Below, one piece after another: positions 1 to 13,495 of a DNA stretch of 64,000 nucleotides (its first letter is position 1; every line of letters begins with the position of its first letter). Both the position numbers and the translations under genes were made by a program. Origin of the DNA: Zootoca vivipara (Eukaryota); assembly GCF_963506605.1 (NCBI RefSeq), contig NC_083287.1:37448001-37512000 (forward strand), written 5' to 3'. Under the pieces are notes generated by a model, which was not told the origin of the DNA, made no database searches, and worked only from the letters and a program-made list of their open reading frames with translations.

Positions 1-947
1 ACCAGTTGTGCAGACTTGACATCAAATAATGACACACATTGTTTTATCAAAAGAGGCGTGCTTCATCAAAAGATGTTTGCTACAAAGCTTTTGTAATCCT
101 GCATCAGACACTATGGGGCTTGAAACAAAAACCCTACAGACCAGGGGTTCTGATCAGGGGAGGGTACTACAAGCCATTTCAGCTACAGCATGTCCACAAC
201 AACCCATAATTATTCTGGCCTAGGAAGTCAGGTGGCACCATAGGAGCCAACTGCTAGGGGCCGTGGTCTCTTTGCCCCCCTTAAATGCTTGAGGGGTCTG
301 GTCCGCCCCCCAAAGTTGATGGGCATTGCCATTCAAATGGTCTGCTCGCATGTCTTGGTTTCTTAGAATTCCAGAACAACACTAGGTATGAGGCTGCTGG
401 TTTCAAATATGTCCAAGTCTGCTTGTGCCTTTCAAACATTTTGAAAGCATCACCAAAACTAGAACATTTCATTTCATTTCAATATAACTTTGATAAATGT
501 ACCCAACTCTACTGGGGGTAGGACGGAGGACTATGACTGTTCTTAAATATGAAAATAAAACTGTTTTAAAGAGGTTTAGAATGAAAGCTTTTGCAGAATT
601 GTTGCCAAAAGTAGTGAGTGGGAGTGTTTGTCATTTTCCTTAATTCTTTAATTGAATGTTATTGTGTATCTGATGTTGTTTGGCACAAAAGAATATAAGG
701 ATCTCTTTTGGAAGTGGCTTGCTTTTTAGTTTTCTAATTTCTCCTAATATATTTCCCCTGTCAACTCCCAGCAAAGTACACTCCACCTTTGATGTTACTC
801 ATAGAGCAGCCATATAATTTCTACCACCTAGTAGAACTTAATACAACTGTAATATTAAGATTACATCACCAGTTCTAATTGCACACTGTATTTCTTCAAA
901 ATATTGACTAAATATATTGCTTCATATCTACATTTGCTTCATTGTAG

Positions 948-1016
948 ATGATGTGAAAAAATCATTAAGACAGCTAGATGTTACAAGTGCATTTATAGCT
1001 CGCCTGGCACCGGAAG
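948..1016 (+). CDS. ARMC3: ARMC3 internal coding exon (first in window): DVKKSLRQLDVTSAFIARLAPE
   Basis: ttgtag acceptor, G|gtaat donor; resembles human ARMC3 DVKKLLRELDVMNSVIAQLAPE; phase joins the next exon. Confidence 0.88.
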
Positions 1017-1267
1017 GTAATTTGTATTGCTCCTTTGTGCAAATTGTTGCTTGCTTCTGTCACTTAATATTTTTTTGAAGGACTGTGGTTTGGATATTTC
1101 TTTTAAAAGTGTGCTTGTTTTAACTTACTGCTTGCATATAGCAAAATGAGATGAGACTGGATTAAGAGCCACTGTTTTTCTAATGACATTTTGCTAGCCG
1201 TCAACAAATGAGAGTATTTACTATGCTAGTTAATGGCTAATTGCACTATTTCATTTTTATGCCATAG

Positions 1268-1443
1268 AAGATGTAGTCACCCATGAGTTTGCCAGCCTTT
1301 GTTTGGTACACATGGCAGCAGAATACAACAGTAAAGTGCAAATATTTGAGCAAGGTGGACTAGAACCGCTTATCAGCCTGCTAGGAAGTCCTGATCCTGA
1401 TGTTAAGAAGAATTGTGTTGAATGCATCTATAACATGGTACAG
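1268..1443 (+). CDS. ARMC3: ARMC3 exon, armadillo repeat (EDVVTHEFASLCL...KKNCVECIYNMVQ)
   Basis: catag acceptor, CAG|gtgatt donor; 176 bp; GGLEPLISLLGSPDPDVKKN armadillo motif. Confidence 0.95.
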
Positions 1444-3028
1444 GTGATTATTTTTCACTATTTTAATTATAAAGGAATATATTGTTTAATTAGAAAGTAA
1501 TGCTCATCTTCAGTTTGTTCTTCAAAGTTAATTACTGGTTGGCGTATGGTTATCTTTAAATTTACACCAGTTTTTCCCAATAGCCCATTTCAATACATCT
1601 TCCTCATATCCCATAAACTAGGAAGTAGCTGTCTACCTACTGCTGAACTTGGGGAACTCCCCTCTTAAGTGCCCCCATTAGATGGTCAACACCGTCATCT
1701 CTATCAGTGCTGATCACATGTTAGGCAGAAGAGGTACCGTTATAAAGGAGTCTGACATACACTTCTCTATCCCTGCCTAAGGGATGGTGATTACTACTGT
1801 CAGTATTAATGGAGATCCAGGTTCTCTTTGCAGTTATTTTGCACTCCTAAATACCCTTTTGTAATTGACATAGGGGTGAGGAGGGATAGGAGATGAGATC
1901 CATGAACAATACTCTGTGGATCTCTCTTGCTCTGGGTTGATTTACTTGATGGCAAGTCCTAATGATTTCAGTGGAATGTGCTTTCAATTAAATGTGTTTA
2001 GGATGAATTGGAACAAACTGCATTTGCATCATATAAAGGAAATCATTTTTTAAGACTAGAATGCATAAAATCCATTGGCTCTTCATTGTGTGGAAAAAAT
2101 GGTTTGACCCTTCCAGAGAGGGTTATGAAAATGTCTGTCTTTGGGGGAGATGGAGGGAATAAGAAATGGGTTCTGGCTTATTCCTGCATAACACACCATG
2201 ATTTTGCACATCTTCTTAACTCTTGGTAAATGCTTTTGACAGCTTCTTTTCATAAGGAAAGGAAGGTTATTGTAATTGGTTACTTTCACAATCAAGTGTT
2301 AATGTCACCATATGCTGGTTAGCAAAAGAATGGTGCATTTGTGTATGGGAGTTCTTTTCAGAGTCTAATTGCTTGATCCACAATCCAGTGAAGCTAAAAC
2401 ACAAGGATTTAAGCGGATTTAGTTCCATTGACTTCAGTGGTACCAAATTGGCTTAAGTTCAAGCACTTAAATTTAACTGTGTTGTGGATCGGGCTATAAG
2501 TGAATCAACTCGGTAATGAATTCAATTCACAGCTCAATCTTTTCTAGGGCATCAGAGCATGTCTTTATTCTGAATCACATTTTGCTGTTTCCCTTCTTTT
2601 GCTATCTAGCTGTCTTTGTTGTAAGATATATCTGGACAACTGCACCTGGTGCTTGCTTAGATTGATAATAGAAATTGCACAAAAACATGCATAAGCTGCT
2701 ATTTTTAAAAAAAATAAAACTCTTTTTTTAATATACCATTTTTATACTGCCTAGGACGCAGTATAAACCTTTTAGAAGGTTTTATTACTAGCAAAGGTTG
2801 GAATATTTTGCAAGAACTTCTTTAATATTCAGTTATTTGAGAAGTAATAAAATAGCAGTGAATGTGCAGAGACCTTCACATTCAGATAAAATTATCAAAC
2901 TGAATTTGAGTGATCCTTTTTGTAAAAGTCATATGCACTAGAAATTTTAAAGGTCAGTTTCTTCTTGAAAAGTACTTTAAAATGTGTACTTTAAAATGAA
3001 AGCAATATGCATTAAATTATATACAAAC

Positions 3029-3176
3029 TAGTGCTATTTTTCAAGAAAAAGAGGTGCCAGAACTCTCCATTCTCATTCTCTTAGAATGACAATGGCACCT
3101 ACCTGAGAGGTGCCGGAACCTGCATGAGAGGTGCTGGAACTGAGTTCCAGTGAGTTCCGGCTGAAAAGAAGCCCTG
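3029..3176. mobile_element. Small hAT-like MITE
   Basis: Imperfect TIRs (tagtgctattttt / aaaagaagccctg), internal repeated gaggtgccggaac; TSD unclear. Confidence 0.5.
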
Positions 3177-3361
3177 CAAACTAGGATTGCTGAGTATTGT
3201 TATGTGTAATGTGTAATTTGTGATATTCGGAGCCTAACAATTGTCAGCTTCAAAATAACATATAATTTAATTGCATTTGTGATAATCATCTTGCAAAACC
3301 ACAACATTATACATTATTGTGTTTTTCCATCTAACCATTTCTGTTTGGTACTTAACTACAG

Positions 3362-3556
3362 GATTTTCAGAGTCGTGCTGCAGTTCGTGAACTAAATGTG
3401 ATTCCTCCTTTGTTGGATCTTTTGAAGTCTGACTATCCAATTATTCAGTTGTTAGCTCTCAAAACTTTAGGTACTATTTCCATTGATAGAGAAACCAGAG
3501 TTATGCTAAGAGAACATCAAGGACTAGATCATCTTTTCAAGATACTTGAAACTAAG
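3362..3556 (+). CDS. ARMC3: ARMC3 exon (DFQSRAAVRELNVIPPLLDLLKSDYPIIQLLALKTLG...ILETK)
   Basis: tacag acceptor, AAG|gtacc donor; 195 bp open, phase 0-0. Confidence 0.95.
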
Positions 3557-3710
3557 GTACCTTTTACTTAAATACAGAGCTGTCATTTGCTTGAAGAAAT
3601 CTTAATCAGTTAGTCATATTAATTGTAGGCCATTAATTGTTAATCAATCTGAATAAACTCACAGTTGTGTTAGAGAGAAAAGCATTATTTGTCTTAGATA
3701 ATGCATACAT

Positions 3711-4606
3711 TATGTGGATCCCTGCTTATTTAACTTATATGCAGAATTCATCATGCGAAAGGCTGGACTAGATGAATCCCAAACCGGAATTAAGATTGCC
3801 GGAAGAAATATCAACAACCTCAGATATGCAGATGACACAACCTTGATGGCAGAAAGTGTGGAGGAAATAAAGAACCTTTTAATGAGGGTGAAAGAGGAGA
3901 GCGCAAAATGTGGTCTGAAGCTCAACATCAAAAAAACCAAGATCATGGCCACTGGTCCCATCACCTCCTGGCAAATAGAAGGGGAAGAAATGGAGGCAGT
4001 GAGAGATTTTACTTTCTTGGGCTCCTTGATCACTGCAGATGGTGACAGCAGTCACGAAATTAAAAGACGCCTGCTTCTTGGGAGAAAAGCAATGACAAAC
4101 CTAGACAGCATCTTAAAAAGCAGAGACATCACCTTGCCGACAAAGATCTGTATAGTTAAAGCTATGGTTATCCCAGTAGTGATGTATGGAAGTGAGAGCT
4201 GGACTATAAAGAAGGCTGATCGCCGAAGAATTGATGCTTTTGAATTATGGTGCTGGAGGAGACTCTTGAGAGTCCCATGGACTGCAAGAAGATCAAACCT
4301 ATCCATTCTGAAGAAAATCAGCCCCAAGTGCTCACTGGAAGGACAGATCATGAAGCTGAGGCTCCAATACTTTGGCCACCTCATGAGAAGAGAAGACTCC
4401 CTGGAAAAGACCCTGATGTTGGAAAAGATTGAGGGCACTAGGAGAAGGGGACAACAGAGGACGAGATGGTTGGACAGTGTTCTCGAAGCTACCAGCATGA
4501 GTTTGACCAAACTGCGGGAGGCAGTGGAAGGCAGGAGTGCCTGGCGTGCTATGGTCCATGGGGTCACGAAGAGTCGGACACGACTAAACAACTAAACAAC
4601 AACAAC
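3711..4606 (+). mobile_element. BovB (RTE clade) LINE, 5'-truncated, RT C-terminal ORF still open
   Basis: 293-aa ORF with NNLRYADDTTL and DAFELWCWRRLL; (CAA)n tail; 11-bp TSD AATGCATACAT at 3700..3710 and 4607..4617. Confidence 0.96.
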
Positions 4607-5806
4607 AATGCATACATGTGCCATTGTACTTATTATCTTATAAAATTATTAATTTAAATATCTTACTAGTTAAACTTTTAGTAGAACAAATTGTTTTTAA
4701 TTGATGGATCTAATTGATTATTCAATTAAGTATTTAAACATTACTAGAAATATATGGTCAACTCAAACTAAACTTTAACAATCTGTATGGTAAATAAAAT
4801 GCAACTTCTTTCATGCAAAACATGTACCGAAAATCCTTAATTCATTCTTAATAATTGCATGGAACTGTAAACTTTTTTAATGGCCTCAATCCAAAGAGAG
4901 GATAGCCCCATTGATCGGGTGGACAGTACTGGTTACTAGTGAATGTGTGGTTGTGAACAGTCTAAAACAGATGACTAGTTTTGGGCATTGTCATCAAAGG
5001 CAGAGTTAATCATTTATTTGGCTGAATATATAGCCAAAACCACCAACTATCCAGCACAGTGTATGTGTTGAATACTTATTGCACTGGTATTTTATTTGAA
5101 ATTACTAAAGATTTGGTGTATAGAATAATGTTTCGTTTCAAAGTATACAAATGCTAACCAGGGATTGGGTTTGTAAGAACCTTCCATTTCTGTGATAAGA
5201 TATACACCATTAATTTGTCTCAATGAGAAATCACAAGGCTTAATTAGCTGTATATCAATTGGAAATTTTAAAATGCCAGTATTTCTGCAGAGAAGAATTC
5301 AGATTCTATTGGTGTCAACTGAATAATTTTGCTTGTCTTTTTAATTGTCCTAAAGAGGATGATAGCAGCTTTTTCAATCCCTTTTCACCATGTGCTGCAT
5401 GCCTGTTGCACGAGGAATGCCTCCACACCCACTCAGGTTGTGTGCAGAGGGGCCCTTTTCCTGTAAATTCATTGGCACATATGAATAGGCCTCAGACAAA
5501 AAGCTTGTTAGGGCTTACTTTAAATAGATCGCAACAAGGCATTTTGTAGTACAGTTGGGCAGTGTATTTATATAGCATTATGGAAACTATTAACAATTTT
5601 TTAAAGAAAATTCCAATGACTGACACATTTTGTGCTAAAATATAAATGTGATCAGGCATTACATTAAACACATGGCATTTTGTAAACCATTTATTTGTTT
5701 GTTTGTTTGTTTGTTTGTTCATTTGATGAAATTTTTATTCCACTTGATTGTAAAAAAACACCTCAAAGTGGTTTACATTTAATGTTTCTATTTGTTTAAC
5801 TTTTAG

Positions 5807-5990
5807 GAATTTAATGATTTACATGTAGAAGCTCTCGGAGTGGTGGCAAATTGTCTTGAGGATGTGGATACTATGCAATTGCTTCAGGAGACAGGGGGCC
5901 TCAGAAAACTACTTGCCTTCACTGAAGTTTCCACTCTCACCGATTTTCAGAAGAATGCAGCAAAGGCTATTGCTAAAGCAGCTTATGACC
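5807..5990 (+). CDS. ARMC3: ARMC3 exon (EFNDLHVEALGVVANCLED...AAKAIAKAAYD)
   Basis: ttttag acceptor, C|gtatgt donor; 184 bp; overlaps ORF 5840..6109. Confidence 0.95.
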
Positions 5991-6921
5991 GTATGTCATT
6001 TCTAAAATACATATTTCTAATGGAAGGTCTTAGAGCCTATTTGTGGCATATATTTTTATGGTTGAAGGTAATATTGGACCATGTTGATGGGGGATGTCCT
6101 GCCTTGTAGAAAGATTCCTTCTAGTTCCTACTAACTGTGATTATTTGACACAGATATTGCCAATTAGTTCAGCTACTGGTAAAGTCTTATTTAGGACTGG
6201 TGGGTGGGCACATTCCATCTCCCTTGTGTTATTGACCCACTATGATTATTTCTTAGGAGCAACTATATCTCTGTTTATTATGAGGTATATAATAATAAAC
6301 TAAATGCTCTTTTTTGTGTGTGAAATATGCAGCCTCATCCTATGGAAATTAGCTTGGAAGTCCCAGTGGGGCTAACTCCCAGGAAAGTGTGCATAGGATT
6401 GCATCTTGCAGCATAACTGCTCTGCTTGTCTACTCAAATGGACATTACTTTTGAGTAGACTTGTATAGAATTACATTGCATATCATGAATATAGCCAAGA
6501 CCAGGCCTTTGAGCCTTGTTTCATAGCTTTCCTTCCCTACATCTTTCATGGAAATATGAAATGCGTCATGTGTATAAGAAAAATACCTCACAAAAGATCT
6601 GTTGTCTCTGTCCTGTTTTTATTTATTTAATTAAACAATTATAATCTCAAGGGTTCCCCCCTCCCCACTCCAAATACTTTTCATTCCCCAGATTAATTCC
6701 ATCTCATATTCTTAGAATTTCCCCTCTTGGGCTGCTAGGGAGCAGACATTTTTCTTGCATAGCAGCCTTGAAAATGACATACAGATTAATGTCCCCAGTG
6801 GATTAGCCACTTCGTTTTACTTTTTATAATTACTCATTCTGTAATTATTTATTTATATAAACAGTTTGCTTCTTTTGAATTCACTATGGAATTTTGAAGT
6901 TAGCAGGCTGAATGTTTATAG

Positions 6922-7057
6922 CAGGCATCCCCAAACTGCGGCCCTCCAGATGTTTTGGCCTACAACTCCCATGATCGCTAGCTAACAGGACCAGTGGTCA
7001 GGAAACATGGGAATTGTAGTCCAAAACATCTGGAGGGCCGAAGTTTGGGGGTGCCTG
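6922..7057. mobile_element. hAT (Charlie-like) MITE, 136 bp, palindromic
   Basis: TIR caggcatccccaaact / agtttgggggtgcctg; 8-bp TSD GTTTATAG on both sides. Confidence 0.92.
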
Positions 7058-7878
7058 GTTTATAGCTTGCACTCAGCATGTTCTGATTAGCTTTTGTCCT
7101 GATCCTTTGCATAACGTTTGCCCTTTTCACAGTTGCTATACACTGATTTAATATACATATCTGTATATACATTATACACATATTATACATGTACATACAT
7201 AAAATATACATAGTTTCCTTAAAACAGAGCATTTTAAAGGTTATTTTCACCAGTGAAAGCGTTTTTATGGACACATTACACCAATAGAATTTTTGAATAT
7301 ATTCATTGGCTGGAGAACTGCAACACAAAATTCAGAGAAGTGCAACTGCAGAAGGATTGGTATGTTTCAGTTTTGTATCGTTTTGGAAAGTGCAAATTAG
7401 GTTGGTTCACCTTTAGATGTGAACTGAATCAAATTTCTCCCACATCCCTAGCAGAGGATAAGCTATTACACAGTTAATGAACAGCAACAGATAAAGTGTA
7501 GCTTTCAGCAGTTTGTAAAGGTGGCAGGGGGAGCCCTCTGACATTGGTCTTTGGTATGAAAACTTGGGTGTTAGAGAAGATGCCTACTTTCATTTATGAA
7601 ATGTTGGAAGGTATTAATTTGTCCTTCCAACAGGATTCCATTATTAAGAGGTGTGGAGTCCATTCCTACTGATGTTGATGTATGCCCCACCATGTTCAGT
7701 GGGACTTACTCTCTAGTAACCTACATCAGCAGAACCAATGCTGCATTGCCAGTGTAATAGGATATGAAATACATTTCTAGTCTTTCTGATGGTTTTCATT
7801 TTCTCTTTCAACAATTAAAGCAAACATTATTTCCCCTTATGCAGAATTTAAATATGTTTTATATCTAATGTGTGGTTG

Positions 7879-7880
<2 letters not shown>

Positions 7881-7932
<52 letters not shown>
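7881..7932. repeat. (TAT)n microsatellite
   Basis: Perfect trinucleotide run. Confidence 0.95.
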
Positions 7933-7934
<2 letters not shown>

Positions 7935-9827
7935 AACTAGATTGTACCTTCTTTTTAGGAAATAGTCAGAATAATAAACACTTTTGTTCCAGGTACTAAG
8001 GGACATCGAACTCGCTTTATCAAAAACAAATGACTGAAGTATGGAGACACCCCCCCCCTAGAGACCATTACCAGGGATTACACACAAGTTTGGCAAGGAT
8101 CAAGCCGGGGGCAAAGTCCATTATGTGTCAAGCCAATTTGTAATCCCAATTAATGCCATCTCTAGAGTGTTTGCGGTTACATGTCAGTGATGTGGCAAAA
8201 CTTGTGTCTGCTTTTGTTTAGAATTCTCCCAGAAACATTTGAATCCTGTAAAACAAAACAAGCAAAAAAACCACAAACACAAAACATCTCCTCCATCAAA
8301 CTGCATATGAAAGGGCACACCTTTTAAGGTGCAAAATTGAGAAAGTGAAACAGCTAGATTTCTAATGCCTTTTATTTCTAGTCTAGCTTTTGCTATGAAT
8401 GTTCTGAACAGTTAATCAAATATAAATATGTACATTTTGGACTTTAAAAAAGTAACCAGACTGCTTAATAATATGTTGAACTTCCTTAACTTTTATTATT
8501 AAACACACTATATAAAGTAAATATATTTAAGCTGAAGGAAAGGTTCATTTTTTGCTATAAAAACTCTTTTAGGTGACATTTCTCCGTTTCCAAAATAGAA
8601 CAAGTATAAATTTAAATCTAAGCCTTGATCCTTTTAGCTACTTGTCAATAGGACTTAGCACATCGGCTGTCTGCTTAAGGTTATGTAAGTGCTTAAGTAT
8701 TCCTTTGAATAAACATGAAAGGGAGCAGTTCAGATATACAAAACTCTGCCAACAAGGGCTTTCTTGCTTTGGGCAGCTTTATGAGGCACATAGTATAATA
8801 TTTCTTTGGAGTATATTTGTCTGTCACTTTAGTGCACTAATTTTGTATGGCTGTTGAAAGCTAACCAAACAAGGTGAGGGTTATAAGATAAACCTATGAT
8901 TCAGGGGATATTTCTCATATTAAGGTAAAAGAATAAGTTAGGTTATATAAATTCTCATAAGCTGCATGATGTTATGTGTGTGAGCGGAACACTTCCACAT
9001 CTTGCTTCCCCTTGCCTTGTGCAGAGCTGCAGCATTCAATAAAACCTTAATTTTGTACTGAAAAGGCAAACTGTTATGCTGCAACATTCAGAGTGTAACC
9101 ATTTCTTCAATTGCAAATGGGCCCTGAATGGGGGAATCTGTGGGCTTGTCCTCACTGTGACACCCACATGTGAATTGCAATGATGTCAAACTGTGGAGCA
9201 TTCACCCCAGTGTTTTGTCTCTAGTGATGAAGCAGGGAGCATTCACAGTCTTCTTCCTGTTGGTCTAGATAGGAATTAAGTGTATGAATCGGTGAAAAAG
9301 GCATGATGCACTTTTTAAACTACCATCCCATGGTAGCTAGTGTATGCGCTGATTTGATTTATACAGCAACTGTCAGATATACATCTCCACTCAAAAACTG
9401 ACTTCTTTAATTTTTCATGTACATAGCTCCTACGTATTAGCACCCCTTAGTGAGAATATATTGCCAGGAAGTGGGACATGCGTGTTCTGATTCCGCATAA
9501 ATTCAGGGTTGTTGTTTTTAAAGGGAACAAAATGGATTGTTATTAGCTCACGTGCTTATTGCTGGTAAGTGAAATGCATCTCTTTGGCCTGCTTTAAAAG
9601 CTCCGATATTTCAGCAAACTTAACCAAGTTAGTGTGTGGTTCTGTGTGCTGCTTAAGGGTATGACACTTTATTAGTGCATTTTAATACACTGTTTTGATG
9701 TTGTGCTGAATGGAAAGAAACGTTTGCTAGCAACATAATCTGCATTAAAATTTGATCTTTTGTTCCCCTTCCTATTTAATATTTGACGTTGCCGATTATT
9801 AATATTGTTGTTCTTCTTTATACGCAG

Positions 9828-9980
9828 CTGAAAACAGAAAAATCCTGAATGAACAAGAAGTTGAAAAATGTCTAGTCACCCTTTTGGGAACCGATAACGA
9901 TGGAACTAAAATAGCTGCTTCTCAAGCAATCGCTGCTATGTGTGAGAATTTAGCTAGCAAACAAACCATTGGAACTCTAG
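9828..9980 (+). CDS. ARMC3: ARMC3 exon (PENRKILNEQEVEKCLVTLLGTDNDGTKIAASQAIAAMCEN...)
   Basis: cgcag acceptor, G|gtaaat donor; 153 bp. Confidence 0.95.
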
Positions 9981-10098
9981 GTAAATCGGTTATGGTGGAG
10001 GTAGAACTTATGATCCGTAAGAAAATATTTACCAATCTGCAGTTTTGCCATGGCTAATTTGAGACTGCATACATACAATTATTATTATTTTTCCAAAG

Positions 10099-10204
10099 GA
10101 ATTCCCCAGCTAGTTCAGTTGCTAAGCAGCGACAATGAAGAGGTAAAGGAAGCTGCTGCTACTGCTCTAGTTAATCTGACAACAGCTCACCCTGCCAATG
10201 CAAG
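10099..10204 (+). CDS. ARMC3: ARMC3 exon (GIPQLVQLLSSDNEEVKEAAATALVNLTTAHPANA)
   Basis: ccaaag acceptor, AG|gtaagc donor; 106 bp; armadillo consensus. Confidence 0.95.
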
Positions 10205-12014
10205 GTAAGCTCAAGAGGAATAAAGAATTATTCGACACATTTATCAGGACATATATTTTACCTCTGTGAAATTTCTAGGTGGCATATTGTCCTGTTACCT
10301 CCATTTTGCTTTACATCCTGGCTCCTGTGCTATTCACTGAATAGACCATTGTCAAAGTTTTACCATCATTTTTCTTGACTATTTATATGCAACTCCAGGG
10401 TAGTGTGTGAAACCAGCTAGGTGTTTTTGTAAGAAACCTGGAAATAATATGTATGTTTCCTGATGTGCATCAGTGATCTGGGAAGTTTTTAGAAAACAAG
10501 GCTAAAAAAAACATGGGGGGGGGGAGTTCATGAAACATTTTATAGCTCTCCTAAAGATCAGTGCTTTAGGAATTTCCTTTCTGATACTGAAGCATTTCTT
10601 GGCTGAATAAAGCTGGTGGGCTAGATTGGGAGGTCCCCATTCCCTGAAATGAGCTAGTGTGGGATGTAGCACATGCAGCTGTGAACATGTGACAAGGGAT
10701 AAGGGGAAATCCCTGTGCACAGGCATGACACATCCAGAAGTCTGGATCAAACCCCATATCTAAACATTTATTTCCACATGGAATTACACAATATGGTTTG
10801 AATATATATTAAGGTATCACCTTGCTGAAGCTTTGCAGGTAGACATCTAGTCAGTGCCTGGATAGGTGACTGCCTGGGAACCACGTTTGCCACCTTGGAT
10901 TTAATGATGAAAGGAAGGTGGGTTATAAATAAAATGGGCTATGTTGCATTAAAATGTGTAATTGAACTTGAATGTCATAAAAAAATTGGCCACAGGGATC
11001 TCCAAACAGGGTGAAGACCATGGGCATGGGTTAACTTTATCTTAAATAGTTTTTTGCTGCAGGAGGGAAGATACTATTGATGTTCATCTTCTGTTGTTTA
11101 GGAATCTTGTTGACAGTGCAGACTGTTTCTATTGAAGCTATTGGTTTCATACTAGGGTGTCAATCAGAGTAATATATGGTGCATATACACATAACCGTGT
11201 ATAACAAAGTTAGGGAATTAAGTTCAATTCAATACTAACTTTCCACTTGGTAGTCCTTTTAGAACTAGTTATTTCTCTTCTTCCGTCCCTCATTGCAAGC
11301 TATTCCACAAAAGAAGGGGGAAACAGAGTCAAATGGTGTGGATTGCTGCCTTGGTTGACTGAATGTGCCTATAAAGCAGCATTTTGGATGGTCGTTTAGA
11401 GAATTTTATGAGAAACTAACAGCATTGATTACACTGACCAGTCAACAGTTGATCAGGATTTATGAACTGAACTTGTTTTAGGTGTGTTCATCTTGAGTTA
11501 AGCATGAAATTTCATTTTAAAAAAAGTTGTAGGCATACATACTCACATAGGCACATACATATACATTTTTTCTCCTTCATTTATTTCCATCTGTATCCAG
11601 ATTATAAGGGCTGTGTTCACTCAGTCAGAAATAAAACCATATGTGCCTTACATGAACAATCGCAAATGAGCAAGGTAGTTCAAATGTCAAAAGACTTAAA
11701 GCAATGAAATTTGCGAAACGTTTCTTGGAGTATCTCAAATAATGAATGAAATGGAGAAAGTGATTGGCTCATAGATATTCCATGAAGAGAGACATAATTC
11801 ATCGGATACATTTCATGTCACAAATTATTCACTCGGCTCTAATAGCCACTGACATTAATTTAACATTACCAGACGAAACATCATTCATCATGTGTAGTCA
11901 TCAACCCACTTTTCTGTTTTCTGAAAAAATGCAGTAGATATTGACTCTGATACTCCTTTCTTGTAGCTCTTCAGTTAATGTCAATTGTAGCTAGGCTCAC
12001 ATATAAAGAACCCA

Positions 12015-12415
12015 GGTATTGGCCTCTAAGGCCCAAGCCTGCTGGAATTGCTTTGCTCAGCTCTCAAGTTGGAAAACAATTGTAAAGTTGATTGGTACAA
12101 TGCTGTCCTGTAAAAACCAACCCTCAAGAGGGTGGGCTGATGTAGATGCTCTCCCAAATCCCATTTGGGGAAGATGAAGGATTTGATGCTGGGCTTCAAT
12201 GATATCCAGCTGCTAGAGTCTTGAGGTCCTGGGCATGTCACCTTTCCCCATCTAGTCATTCTTATTGTGGTATGTGGCCATGCTGTAAATGTGTGTGAAG
12301 TTTTTATTTACTGGCCCATGTACAGTGTGCCTCAGAAACTGGAAAGGGGCAGTAATGTAGTAGCAGTTTGGTTATGGCAGTGAGGAATGGGAGCTGTGGC
12401 AGTTTTTTCTGGTCA
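12015..12415 (+). pseudogene. Possible highly decayed Harbinger (HARBI1-like DDE) transposase C-terminus
   Basis: Frameshifted fragments in the expected order: YWPLRP, WYNAVL, GKMK, LIVVC..ML.NVCE, AVRN...FF (cf. YPL, FN..LS, AFGxLK, ACxxLHNxCE, VRDxL); weak. Confidence 0.3.
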
Positions 12416-12530
12416 TATGCAGGATATGATAACTTTCAGCCTGCTTTTAAGAAGAAGCAATGTCTTCTCCATGTTGTCTCCTTTCTCCCATGCTATCTGG
12501 TTGTGAATTCACTAACTGGAGTTAATAGTA

Positions 12531-12765
12531 CCGTGTTTCTCATATTATAAGACACGTCTTATATTTATTTTTTCCTCAAAAAAACACACTATGGCTTATT
12601 TTCAAGGGATGTCTTATTTTTTTCCTCCTCCTCCTGCCGCGGCCGGCATTGCTGCTGTGCCTATCACTATGTCTTATTTTCGGGGTATGGCTTATATTCC
12701 TTGAATGCTTAAAAATCCTGCTATGGCTTATTTTATGGGTATGTCTTAAAATATGAGAAACAGGG
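12531..12765. mobile_element. Tc1/mariner-superfamily (Tc2/pogo-like) MITE
   Basis: TA TSD; TIR ccgtgtttctcatatt / aatatgagaaacaggg; internal tggcttatttt repeats; same family as 23504..23707. Confidence 0.85.
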
Positions 12766-13091
12766 TACAGTACACTGTTGCACTTCCAAAGGCATAAAAA
12801 GCACTGTAATAGCAGTACAGAAATGAATAGTGGTGATAGGAACTCATAGGTAGCTTCTTCTTTATCCTTCACTAGAGTGCACTTCTTTGGTGTCAACAAA
12901 TTCTCCTTCATGTCTGTGTCCTCTCCATGCAGGTCGCCATCACTTCAGCTACAATCACTTATTCTTAGGGAGCATACAGCTGCTTGAACTATAATCTGCC
13001 TTCTCTCTGCACATTCTCGATGAACATAAATCTTCTCTCTGTTAATTGTACCCACTGCAGAAACCATCTCCTCAACCTGGTCTTCCTCTTG

Positions 13092-13495
13092 TGTCAGGGG
13101 TTGCCGGGGCTTCCTCTCTTCACAGCAATCACCAAGAGACTTTTCTGGCGTTTTTATGGCTTTATTTACAGTATTTACAACAGGTCATTAGCACATAATA
13201 ATCACCCATCAGAGTTACTCAGTTCGATCTCTGTTGAGGACTGCACTTGCCCCTCCAACAACTGGAGTTTCACTCCTCTTCTTGCACGTTCTCCGCTCTC
13301 ATCTCTCTAGGGCTGGGGTGAACTCCCCCCCATTCTGAGCTGGAGCTTAACCCTTGCATTTCCTGTGAACTCCCTGGCTCTCTAACCCTTCCTGCCTCTT
13401 CCTCATTCTCTCCCTCCCCCTTGCGCACCTCCTCTTCCACTCCCAGGTCTCCCCCTCCTTCTGGGGAACTGGAAACCACTGGCTCGTCCCTGACA
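13092..13495 (-). mobile_element. Solo LTR (Gypsy-like), 404 bp
   Basis: TG...CA ends with 8-bp inverted termini TGTCAGGG/CCCTGACA; 5-bp TSD TCTTG at 13087..13091 and 13496..13500; AATAAA on - strand near 13161. Confidence 0.82.

Noticed and set aside
4052-4591. Long antisense ORFs over BovB (also 14738..15367 and 40091..40399)
   Set aside because: Recurrent shadow frames of the LINE RT sequence; no independent gene features
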